NCBI GenBank assembly: GCA_937951485.1
Contig: CALEDJ010000045.1
Span: forward strand, 139,100 to 203,099
DNA length: 64,000 nt
Origin: an uncultured bacterium
GTDB taxonomy: Bacteria; Hydrogenedentota; Hydrogenedentia; Hydrogenedentales; CAILVY01
Reading direction: 5' to 3'
This document shows, in pieces, positions 28,333 through 36,862 of the stretch (its first letter is position 1; every line of letters starts with the position of its first letter). The position numbers were made by a program, and so were the translations under genes. The notes beneath the pieces were generated by a model. It was not told the origin of the DNA. It worked only from the letters and a program-made list of their open reading frames with translations, and made no database searches.

Positions 28333-29586
28333 TCAATTCCTGCGCGCGGCAAGTGTCTCGATGAATGCCTCGATGCGTGTCTTCACCTGTTCATCGGACC
28401 AGGCGCGCGAATCGTTCATGTCGGCTTCGATCATCAGCGTGGGGATGTCGTGCTTTTCCATAAGCGCCTTGGCCAGTTCGTACTGACCGAAGGAATAGGC
28501 GCGGCAACTGCGGTTGGAATGCATGACGAAGCCGTCCAAGTGGAATTGCTTCACCATGCGGAGAAGATCGCGCTCCCGGTAGTCCAGCCCGTGGTTGATG
28601 TAACCGCCCATGTAGGTGGCGGCCATGGTGCGCAGGCGGTCGTTGGGATCGCGCAGATGCTCCGGCGCCTGGTAGCAGAATCCTTCGGGATAAGTGGAAA
28701 CCACAAGCGCCGTCTTGTAGGCGGCGAATTTTTCGGAAAGTTCCTTGATCTTGTACCAGATGGCGAGGTTGTCCCAGCCGAGCCGGAATGTTTCGCCCGG
28801 CACCGAGGCGATGCCGGCTTCGATGCGTTGGCGGATTTCATCGCGGAGCAGTTCGTAGTATTCGATGCAGAGTTCCGTGCCGCGCAGGGTGACGATGGGC
28901 GCGAGATGGATGAAGGTGTCGAAGGAATTCATGGGGGCGGGGCGGTGCGCGAGCATGCCCTGGATTTCCCGCCAGAGCGCCGCGGCCCGCTCGGAGATTT
29001 CCAGGGTCTCGTCCAGTTTGTCGCGGTCAATCGGCCTGCCCACAATTTCGCCGACGGACTGTATCATCGCCTCCAGTTGCGCTTTGACATAGTCAATGGC
29101 TTCGGGGCGGTCGTCGCCATACTGGTACGGCGCGTCAATGTAGATGAGGGGCACGTCAAAAATGCGCTGCAATTCCTGGTACCACTTGGTCACGGTGTCG
29201 CAGATATTGTTGCAGCAGACCAGCAGGTCGGGCTTGGGCAGGCCGCCGGGCACGGGGCTTTTTTTGGTGTAGATGGACCCGAAGTCTGTGCGGGCATAAG
29301 AGCAGAGGTCACGGGAAAAACCCCGTTCCTCGGCGGCGGCGCACAGTTCGTCGGCGATGCGCGTGGCCCCGCACATGGCGGCGTGGTTTTCCGGGTAGAT
29401 GGGAATGATGCCCGCGGCATAGAGGATTTCCACCGGCCCCCCGCTGGTGATCCATGCAATCTTCTGGTCCGTCCCCTCCGACATCTTGGCGATGCCGTAG
29501 TAGGTGGTCATGATTTCCTTCATGCGCTTGTACGCCTGAATGGGTACGCGTTCCTGTTCCGTCATAAGGCTCTGTCTTTCTTTCAT
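28333..29586 (-). CDS. 2-hydroxyacyl-CoA dehydratase family subunit (HgdB/BcrB/BadE-like)
   Basis: 417 aa; ...IAWITSGGPVEILYAAGIIPIYPENH... N-terminal pattern of the HgdAB/Bcr/Bzd subunit family. Confidence 0.75.
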   Translation of the reverse strand: MKERQSLMTEQERVPIQAYKRMKEIMTTYYGIAKMSEGTDQKIAWITSGGPVEILYAAGIIPIYPENHAAMCGATRIADELCAAAEERGFSRDLCSYARTDFGSIYTKKSPVPGGLPKPDLLVCCNNICDTVTKWYQELQRIFDVPLIYIDAPYQYGDDRPEAIDYVKAQLEAMIQSVGEIVGRPIDRDKLDETLEISERAAALWREIQGMLAHRPAPMNSFDTFIHLAPIVTLRGTELCIEYYELLRDEIRQRIEAGIASVPGETFRLGWDNLAIWYKIKELSEKFAAYKTALVVSTYPEGFCYQAPEHLRDPNDRLRTMAATYMGGYINHGLDYRERDLLRMVKQFHLDGFVMHSNRSCRAYSFGQYELAKALMEKHDIPTLMIEADMNDSRAWSDEQVKTRIEAFIETLAARRN

Positions 29587-29661
29587 GAGTTGTTGCTCCC
29601 GGGCAGCGCTTCAGCCGAATCGCGTAATGTTTTCTTTATTGTTTGGACAACCATGTTTTCG

Positions 29662-29678
29662 TTTCCTGTTTCAGGAAA
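29662..29678. promoter_or_regulatory. 17-bp perfect palindrome TTTCCTG-TTT-CAGGAAA in the intergenic region upstream of the dehydratase subunit gene
   Basis: Lies about 80 bp upstream of the 29586 start codon in a 340-bp AT-richer intergenic spacer. Confidence 0.4.
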
Positions 29679-29925
29679 TCAGTACAAGACATTCGTGGGC
29701 ATTCATACAAATAACCTCCCCCGGCGCTTCGCGCCACCCCCTTCAAAGGGGGATTTTGTAGCGAGATCCCGGGCAATGCCATATGTCTATAACAGCGCAA
29801 ATATCTTAATGCATGCAAATCCCCTTTGGGATATGAGAATGAAATCCCCCGTTGCAGGGGGCGTGGCGCAGCGCCGGGGGATGCAAAAAAACAAAGGGCG
29901 TGATTCGACAATTTGTGCTATTCCG

Positions 29926-30732
29926 TTATTGTATTGTGTTTTTATTTTCCGCGGCGTCGCGGGCGTAGAGCGCCGCGCCCAGGGCGCCGACTGTCTGCGG
30001 CTCTTCGGGGATGACCACCGGCATGCCGGCGGCCTGCTCGATGCCGCGCACGACGCCGGAATTTTTCGCGACGCCGCCGGTCATCATCAACACCGGGGCC
30101 ATGCCGACCCGCGACGCCAGCGCATACACGCGCTGGGTGATCGCGGCGCACAACCCCGCCAGAATGCGCGGCACGCTTTCCCCTTTGGCCAGCAGCGAGA
30201 TGACCTCGCTTTCCGCAAAGACGGTGCAGGTGGAGGAAATGCGGGCGGGGGCATCGGCGGTGAGGGCGAGGGGGCCGATGGCCGCGAGGTCCACATCCAG
30301 CGTGCGCGCCATGACCTCCAGAAAACGTCCCGTTCCCGCTGCGCATTTGTCGTTCATCTCGAATTTTTTGACCATGCCCTTCGCGTCCAGCGCAATGGCC
30401 TTGGAATCCTGGCCGCCGATGTCAATGACGGCGCGGACGCCTGGGTTGAGGGCGTGTGCCCCCCGCGCATGGCAGGTAATCTCCGTGACCGCTTTGAGGC
30501 GGCCCGCCACATTCTCGCGGCCGTAGCCTGTGGAGATGAGCGCGGCGATGGCGTCACGCGCGAGCCCCGCGTCGGCAAGCGCCTTCGCCACGACCGCGTC
30601 GGCGGCGGCCGCCAGGTTGCCCCCGCTGGGCAGCAGGGCGTGCGCGAGCACCGCGCCGTCGGCATCCACCAGCACCGCCTTGGTGGTGGCCGATCCGACA
30701 TCCACGCCCGCAAAACAAGGTTTCACGCCCAT
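29926..30732 (-). CDS. CoA-substrate-specific enzyme activase (HgdC/BadF/BcrAD ATPase family)
   Basis: 268 aa; GVDVGSATTKAVL N-terminal ASKHA motif; ...IGGQDSKAI...; C-terminal pattern of HgdC-type [4Fe-4S] activators. Confidence 0.85.
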   Translation of the reverse strand: MGVKPCFAGVDVGSATTKAVLVDADGAVLAHALLPSGGNLAAAADAVVAKALADAGLARDAIAALISTGYGRENVAGRLKAVTEITCHARGAHALNPGVRAVIDIGGQDSKAIALDAKGMVKKFEMNDKCAAGTGRFLEVMARTLDVDLAAIGPLALTADAPARISSTCTVFAESEVISLLAKGESVPRILAGLCAAITQRVYALASRVGMAPVLMMTGGVAKNSGVVRGIEQAAGMPVVIPEEPQTVGALGAALYARDAAENKNTIQ

Positions 30733-31898
30733 GACGCGACTCTTCCCCGGAGCATCTCCGCAAAAGCCTCGACGCGCGTGCGCAGTTGCGCCGGCGCAGG
30801 CAAGTGCTGTTCCACCTCGAGCAACAGTGTCGGCATTTCCGCCGCTTCCAGCGTGCGACTGATATACGGATAGTCAAAGAACCACGGGTCGCAGAACTTC
30901 GTGAGCAAAAAGACCACGCCGTCGGCCTGGGCCGCGCGGGCGCGGTCCAGCATGTGCTGCGCCGCGTCGAATCCCGGTTTGTGAAAAGCCGGACAGGGCG
31001 TCCGCGCGAGATAGATTTCCGCCAACGATTCCAGCGGGTCGCCATCCGGCGGGTCCGGCAGAGAGAAAGACCGGGAACCCATGCAAAGATCGTCATCCAC
31101 CACGGCGCAGCCGGATTCCTCGATGGCCTTGATGAAATCTGCGTTTTGGCAGACGCTGCCCGCCACCAGCACGGCGGGACGCGGCCCGGGCGTGTCTTCC
31201 GGGCATGCCGCCACCGCATCCGCCAGCCGCGTTATCAACTCCAGGTGCGCCTGTTTCTCCATGAAAAACGACGCCGTCACCACGGCCAGCATTTCCGACC
31301 CCGAGATGACGCCCGGATGCGTGCGCCGCACCTCATAAAGCCGCCGCATTGCGGCGCGGTGTTTCTGATAGAGGCGGATGCTGTCCCACAACGCGTCATC
31401 GGCGACAGGCCCCGCAAGCGCCTCCACCGCCTGGCGCACCCGCTGCAACTCGCGGCGGAAAAAGGTCCGCGCGGGCGCGCCCTCGGTCTGCGTGGGCACG
31501 GACACGACGATCACCGCCATCTCCGGGCGGTTGCGCCGCCAGAGATCGGCCACGTTCTGCATTGTATCGCAGGTATGCGAGAAGACCGCCAGCCGAAGAA
31601 AGTCGAACTCATTGGCGAGCGCGCTGTCCAGCGCGCTTCGCGCGAAACTGCACGCATAGGGCTGGATGATTTCATCCGCCAGGGTTGCGCCGCCCTCCCG
31701 GCCCAGAATGCGCACGGGGAGATAGCCCGCCGCGTGGAACAACTCCTGCGGCGCATAGGAACACATGAACCCGGCCACCTTGCGCCCCGCATTCGCCGCC
31801 GCGCGCGCCGCGCCGTAGCCTTCCGCCGCCGCCGCCTGACACGCCGCCACTTCCGAAAATCTCGTTGTCGTCATCAGCCCTTCTTTCTTTGGTTTCAA
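30723..31898 (-). CDS. 2-hydroxyacyl-CoA dehydratase family subunit (HgdA/BcrC/BadD-like)
   Basis: 391 aa; ...VAGFMCSYAPQELFHAAGYLPVRI... signature of this family; overlaps the activase gene by 10 bp. Confidence 0.75.
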   Translation of the reverse strand: MKPKKEGLMTTTRFSEVAACQAAAAEGYGAARAAANAGRKVAGFMCSYAPQELFHAAGYLPVRILGREGGATLADEIIQPYACSFARSALDSALANEFDFLRLAVFSHTCDTMQNVADLWRRNRPEMAVIVVSVPTQTEGAPARTFFRRELQRVRQAVEALAGPVADDALWDSIRLYQKHRAAMRRLYEVRRTHPGVISGSEMLAVVTASFFMEKQAHLELITRLADAVAACPEDTPGPRPAVLVAGSVCQNADFIKAIEESGCAVVDDDLCMGSRSFSLPDPPDGDPLESLAEIYLARTPCPAFHKPGFDAAQHMLDRARAAQADGVVFLLTKFCDPWFFDYPYISRTLEAAEMPTLLLEVEQHLPAPAQLRTRVEAFAEMLRGRVASWA

Positions 31899-32185
31899 CG
31901 ATTCATTCCAGTGACGTGACCTTGGATGTTAACACGTCACCCCTTTTTGTGTCATTTCAGCAGATTGAAGAAAATATTGTTCCTGAACCCGTCGTTGCGA
32001 GTCCGTCACCGCCTTCGGCGGCAATCGGCTGAAGAAAGGAAACGCACTTTCTTGGCAATCCAACAATTTGAGCCTGCCCGCCAACCCTGAATCCTCGTCA
32101 TTGTGAGCGAAACGAAGCAATCTCCGATATCATGAGGTCGCCGTTGTTTCAGATTGCGCCGCACCGCTCGCAATAATGACTTCCG

Positions 32186-32268
32186 CTGTGGCCGGTCTCC
32201 TGACCGCGCCACACATCCGACCGCAGGTCTCCATCTTTCAGTTGTGGCACGGTCTGGAGACCGGCCAC
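32186..32268. mobile_element. MITE-like 83-bp element with 14-bp perfect terminal inverted repeats (TGTGGCCGGTCTCC / GGAGACCGGCCACA)
   Basis: Arms at 32186..32199 and 32255..32268. The GGAGACCGGCCACAACA end is also present at 18652..18669. Confidence 0.5.
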
Positions 32269-32312
32269 AACAACGATAAATATCGGGATTTCGCGCCGGG
32301 GTCCCCTGCATG

Positions 32313-33401
32313 TTACGCCGTGAACCGGCGGCCTTCGTCCAACATTGTCAGGTAATTGTCCAGCGGGATGTAATTGGCCACGCTGTTGCCGGTGCCCAGC
32401 ACGTAGCCGCCGCCGGGATGGCATGCTTCCAGGGTCTTCCGTACCCGTTTGCGGACCGCCGCTTCGTCTGCTCGACACAGGAAATCCACATCAATCCCGC
32501 CGAGGATGGCGATGCGGTCGCCATATTGACGTTTCGCCTCCACCACATCCTCAATAACGTCTTCAAAGGAGTGTTTTGCGTCAATGCGCACATCCTCGAT
32601 CAGGTCTTCCATGATGGCGCGCAGATTGCCGCAGGAATGCAGCAGGTACGGCCGGCCCGCCGCGTGCGCCATCGCCGCCATTTCCCTGTGGCCGGGCAGC
32701 ACGAATTCCCGCATGTCCGCCGGGCTGATCAGCGTGCCGGTGCGGAATCCCATGTCGTCGCTGCCCCAGATAATACCGACCCGATCGAACTGCAGCAGCC
32801 GTTTCAGAAATACACGGTAATACGCCTGAACGCGGTCCCTGATCGCGGCCACAAGGTCCCGGTTTTCGCACAACGCCACGCACAGGGTCTCGTAGCCCAT
32901 CAACCAAGAGAGATGCTCCGCGAAGTGCGCGAAGCCGCCGCTGCCCATGATGCACATGTTCTCGGGGAGGTGTTCCGAGAGCCATTCCAGCCCGGCCGTC
33001 GAAGCCTTGGCGGCGTCCGGCCACGGATATGCCTCGAACGTCTCCCAGGAAGTGATTGGCCCCTGGTGAAGATTTACAAAACTGCGGCCCGGCTCCCGCG
33101 CCAGCGGCGCGGTATCCTGCGTTGTGGCGTAATGCAGCAACCATTCCTGGCCCTCCAGGCTGTAGCGGACATAATCGTAACCGAGGAAAGACTGGAGGAT
33201 GATCTGCTTGCGCAGGGGGAAAAACCGGTCGCTGCGGTCCACCCCCTCGAGCAGGCCGAAACGTTCGCAGACCGCGTCCTGAACTTCGGGGTCAAGGAAC
33301 AACTCTATGTGATACACGCGGTCTGGTTCGCCCTCGCGAAGAATGCAGCGCCGCAATCCATGCCAATCCGGCGTAACCGCGCGTGAAAACGTATTCACCA
33401 A
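32313..33401 (-). CDS. uroporphyrinogen-decarboxylase (UroD/MtaA) family protein
   Basis: 362 aa; overall UroD-fold pattern (...GIIWGSDDMG..., ...GGGYVLGTGNSV...). Confidence 0.7.
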   Translation of the reverse strand: MVNTFSRAVTPDWHGLRRCILREGEPDRVYHIELFLDPEVQDAVCERFGLLEGVDRSDRFFPLRKQIILQSFLGYDYVRYSLEGQEWLLHYATTQDTAPLAREPGRSFVNLHQGPITSWETFEAYPWPDAAKASTAGLEWLSEHLPENMCIMGSGGFAHFAEHLSWLMGYETLCVALCENRDLVAAIRDRVQAYYRVFLKRLLQFDRVGIIWGSDDMGFRTGTLISPADMREFVLPGHREMAAMAHAAGRPYLLHSCGNLRAIMEDLIEDVRIDAKHSFEDVIEDVVEAKRQYGDRIAILGGIDVDFLCRADEAAVRKRVRKTLEACHPGGGYVLGTGNSVANYIPLDNYLTMLDEGRRFTA

Positions 33402-33658
33402 TCTGCCCTTACCCGTCCTGCGTATGCCTCGCCTTTCGGCGTCCCCGGCCGCCCGAACGCAAAGAATCTATCAGACTGTACTGAAATGATCAAGTGTGAC
33501 GGGAGGGATTTGCGCAATGTTCTTCTCTTCAAGGACTGTTGGCATCAAAACAACATGGGACTTTGATATGAAGACGCATTATAGGGATCATGTCGCGAAT
33601 GCCTGCCTGGATGGGAATAAAGTTGCAACAGGAAAGGTTGTGCTGGTAGGTTAAGTCT

Positions 33659-34069
33659 ATGTTCGAAAAGCGCAAAACAGGTATGCTCCTGATGGCGTTC
33701 TGGAGCGTGTTCAGTTGCAATCCCGCGATGCAGGGGATGGTGCTGTGCATTGCCGAAGAAGGTCATGTAGCACTCGAATTTCCCCCGCTCGGCGGGTGCA
33801 GCATGGCCGAAGAACAATCCGACGCCACGCCTGATTCGCCAGAGCGGAGCATGAAACAATGCGGCGCATGCACTGATGTCCCTCTTCCGGTTTCACAGGG
33901 CGACTTTCTGGGGACTGGGCCGCGTGCCGGTCATGACAAGGCACAATGGCCGATGATAAGTGTTGCGGAGGAACCAGAAAGCATTCATCTGCCGCCGATA
34001 CTGTCTTTGCGTTTCCCCCCCAATCTGGAGACAAATGCGCTCCTGCGCGCCACCATTCTTATCATTTGA
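33659..34069 (+). CDS. hypothetical small Cys/His-containing protein upstream of czcC (possibly periplasmic metal-associated)
   Basis: 136-aa ORF with a hydrophobic N-terminus in the promoter-proximal AT-richer region; no family recognised. Confidence 0.3.
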   Translation: MFEKRKTGMLLMAFWSVFSCNPAMQGMVLCIAEEGHVALEFPPLGGCSMAEEQSDATPDSPERSMKQCGACTDVPLPVSQGDFLGTGPRAGHDKAQWPMISVAEEPESIHLPPILSLRFPPNLETNALLRATILII

Positions 34070-34129
34070 TACCTTTCCTCCCTCCTTCGAAAAACGTTTG
34101 AAACCCGTCTCCCGTACGTTTTCATGTGA

Positions 34130-35443
34130 ATGGCATGTGAATGCAGGAAATGTCCAACAATGCTTCTTTCACCATTTTACTTGCTGGCGGTCTTTCTCGC
34201 ATCGGGTTTGACAGAAACCAGGCCATTGCCTGAGGAGCAATCTGTTTCGCTCTCATTGCGTGGGGCGCTGGGCCGCGCCCTGGAACATAGTCCGTCGCTC
34301 GCCGCTTTTGCCTGGGAACTCCGGGCGGCCGAGGCGCGGCTCCTCCAGGCCGGACTCCGGCCCAATCCGGAAATAGCGTTTGAATTCGAGGACATCGGCG
34401 CAGGAAGCGAGGATGCACAAGGCACGATTCTGGTGTCACAGAGGATTGAAATAAACGGTAAACGTGCGGCGCGCAAGCGGCTGGCGCAGTCCGAGCAAGA
34501 TTTGAGCCGCTGGGATTACGAGCGGGTGCGCGCAGACGTGCTCGAGCAGACAGCGACCGCGTTTATCGAGACATTGGGCGCTCAGGAACGCCAGAATCTG
34601 GCTGTTGACCTGGTGCGGCTCTCGGAGGCGGTTGCGAAGACCATTGGTCTGCGGGTTTCGGCAGGTCGCGTTTCACCGCTGGAGGCAGACCGGGCCAGCA
34701 TTTTGTTGTCGCTGGCGCAACTTGATGTTGAAGATGCCGCCGACGTTCTTTGGGCCGCCCGGCGCCGACTGGCGGCGAACTGGGGCGAAACAGCGCCGGA
34801 TTTCGAGGTCGTGTCTGGCCGCTTTGACACTTTGCAACCATTGCCCTCGTACGAGTCGCTGCGCGCGAAGGCGGCAGAAACCCCGGACCTGGCGCGGTGG
34901 GACGCTGAAATCCAGCGGAGCCATGCCGGCTTGGCATTGGCGCAATCAGAACGTGTGGCGGACCCCACCCTGAGATTTGGTTTCTGGAACATGGGGGTTG
35001 CCTCGCGGGCGCGCAAAAGCGGCCTGGTGCTGGGTTTCTCGATTCCTCTGCCGCTCTTCGACCGGAACCAAGGGCGAATCCGCGAAGCGGAGCACCTGGT
35101 TCGGAGAACAAACGAAGAACGCCGCGCGGCAGAGGTGGCGCACCAGACGGATTTGTTTGGCGCATATCAAGCGGCTCAAGTGGCTTATCGTCGCGCCATC
35201 CAGTTGAAAGAATCCATCCTGCCCGATGCGGAATCGCTCAGTGAACGTATTCGGGAAGGCTATTCCCACGGCAAGTTCGGCTACCTCGAGGTGCTGGACG
35301 CGGAGCGCGCCCTCTTTGAATTGCGCACGCAATACCTCGATGCCCTCATCCAATACCACGGCGCGGTGCTGCGCATGCAACGTTTGACGATGACGGGTTT
35401 TTTCCATCTGGAAAATGAAGAAGACAAGGGCTTATCCGAATGA
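34130..35443 (+). CDS. czcC: TolC/CzcC-family outer-membrane efflux protein
   Basis: 437 aa; signal peptide; two-repeat OEP architecture; followed directly by adaptor and RND pump genes. Confidence 0.8.
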   Translation: MACECRKCPTMLLSPFYLLAVFLASGLTETRPLPEEQSVSLSLRGALGRALEHSPSLAAFAWELRAAEARLLQAGLRPNPEIAFEFEDIGAGSEDAQGTILVSQRIEINGKRAARKRLAQSEQDLSRWDYERVRADVLEQTATAFIETLGAQERQNLAVDLVRLSEAVAKTIGLRVSAGRVSPLEADRASILLSLAQLDVEDAADVLWAARRRLAANWGETAPDFEVVSGRFDTLQPLPSYESLRAKAAETPDLARWDAEIQRSHAGLALAQSERVADPTLRFGFWNMGVASRARKSGLVLGFSIPLPLFDRNQGRIREAEHLVRRTNEERRAAEVAHQTDLFGAYQAAQVAYRRAIQLKESILPDAESLSERIREGYSHGKFGYLEVLDAERALFELRTQYLDALIQYHGAVLRMQRLTMTGFFHLENEEDKGLSE

Positions 35444-36840
35444 ATATGAAATTATGGTTGTTGTGCGTTTTGGCTGGGACAGCCGGCGCAATCCTTGCGC
35501 TTGGATTGCGCGAAGCGTCGTTCCGTCTTCAAAAAAGCGTCCTGCCGCCCGGAAATACGATTGATGAATCCTGTCTCCTGGCACAAGCGGGTGAGACCTG
35601 CGGGGATGTCCGTGAGGAACATGGGGGAGAGAATGGCATCCATTCCTACTGCGGCCCTGGAATGGGTCTAACCATGTCTCTTGACGAAGTCCTGGCGGTG
35701 CGCTGCGAACATGCCGTGCTTGCCTATCGCTGCGACCAGTGCCGGTATGAGATAGGTGTGGTCGCTGTGCCACCGGAAATATCGGGGGTTGCTGAAAACG
35801 AGCGATTGGTCGCCTTTGATGTCTTGAAGCGGCGGCGGCTGAGCTCCGTCCATAGCTTCACGGGGGAAGTAAAATTCAATGAGTTGCGCACTGTCCGGGT
35901 CAGTTCGCCGATGCCGGGCATTCTGCGCGCGCTGAATGTTCAGCCGGGCGAGGCGGTTGCTCGGGACCAGGTGCTGTTTGAACTGGAGAGCGCGGAGATC
36001 AGTCAGTTGCTGGGGGAATACTTCGGAAATCGCACCCTGACGGAGATTGCCCGCAAGAATTACCTTCGTGAGAAGGACCTTCATGAGAAAGGTATTTCCG
36101 CCGAAAAAGAGATGCTCGATGCATGGATAGAATACGCGCAGTTTGAGGCGCGTCTCCGGACCGTCCGGCAGCAGTTGGCGGCCTTGGGGGTGGACGACGC
36201 TCAGATTCGAAATCATGACCAAGAGCCAGACGCGCCGTTTCGTATGGCGATCCGGGCGCCGCAGGAGGGGGTGGTAGTGTCGGTGCAGCGCACCGCCGGT
36301 CAGGTGACAGGGCCGGATGAACCTGTGTTAATCCTCTCCGATTTGGACACTTTGTGGGTACAGACGGACCTTTACGAACGGGATGTGCATCGTGTGTGGC
36401 CGCGGAACCTGTCTGGCGGCCAAGCGGCCGTGCGCACCGCGGCCTATCCGGATCATGTGTTTCAGGGCGTGGTGGGCTACCTTGACAACGTCATGGGTGA
36501 GACAACGCGGACGGTGAAACTGCGCGTCGAGGTTGATAATACAAATCGGCTGCTGCGTCCGGGAATGTTCTGTTCGGTGGAACTCCCCGCGGAACCGGAG
36601 GACGAAGTGCTGGCCGCACCCCGAGAGGCCGTGCTTCAGGATGAGGGCATGACGTTTCTTTTTGCGCATCTTCAGGACCACTATTACGTGCGCCGCCCTG
36701 TCAAAACGGGGCGTATGTTCGGCGACTGGATCGAAATCCTTGAAGGTGCGGCGGCCGGACAGACGATCGTGACACAAGGAGCCTTTCTGCTGAAGTCCGA
36801 TATCCTGCGCGAGAAACTGGGCGCCGGATGTGCGGATTGA
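35440..36840 (+). CDS. czcB: RND efflux periplasmic adaptor (membrane fusion protein, CzcB/CusB-like)
   Basis: 466 aa; N-terminal TM; biotin-lipoyl-like/beta-barrel MFP pattern; 4-bp overlap with czcC. Confidence 0.8.
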   Translation: MNMKLWLLCVLAGTAGAILALGLREASFRLQKSVLPPGNTIDESCLLAQAGETCGDVREEHGGENGIHSYCGPGMGLTMSLDEVLAVRCEHAVLAYRCDQCRYEIGVVAVPPEISGVAENERLVAFDVLKRRRLSSVHSFTGEVKFNELRTVRVSSPMPGILRALNVQPGEAVARDQVLFELESAEISQLLGEYFGNRTLTEIARKNYLREKDLHEKGISAEKEMLDAWIEYAQFEARLRTVRQQLAALGVDDAQIRNHDQEPDAPFRMAIRAPQEGVVVSVQRTAGQVTGPDEPVLILSDLDTLWVQTDLYERDVHRVWPRNLSGGQAAVRTAAYPDHVFQGVVGYLDNVMGETTRTVKLRVEVDNTNRLLRPGMFCSVELPAEPEDEVLAAPREAVLQDEGMTFLFAHLQDHYYVRRPVKTGRMFGDWIEILEGAAAGQTIVTQGAFLLKSDILREKLGAGCAD

Positions 36841-36862
36841 GCACTGTGGGGATCATATCGCT

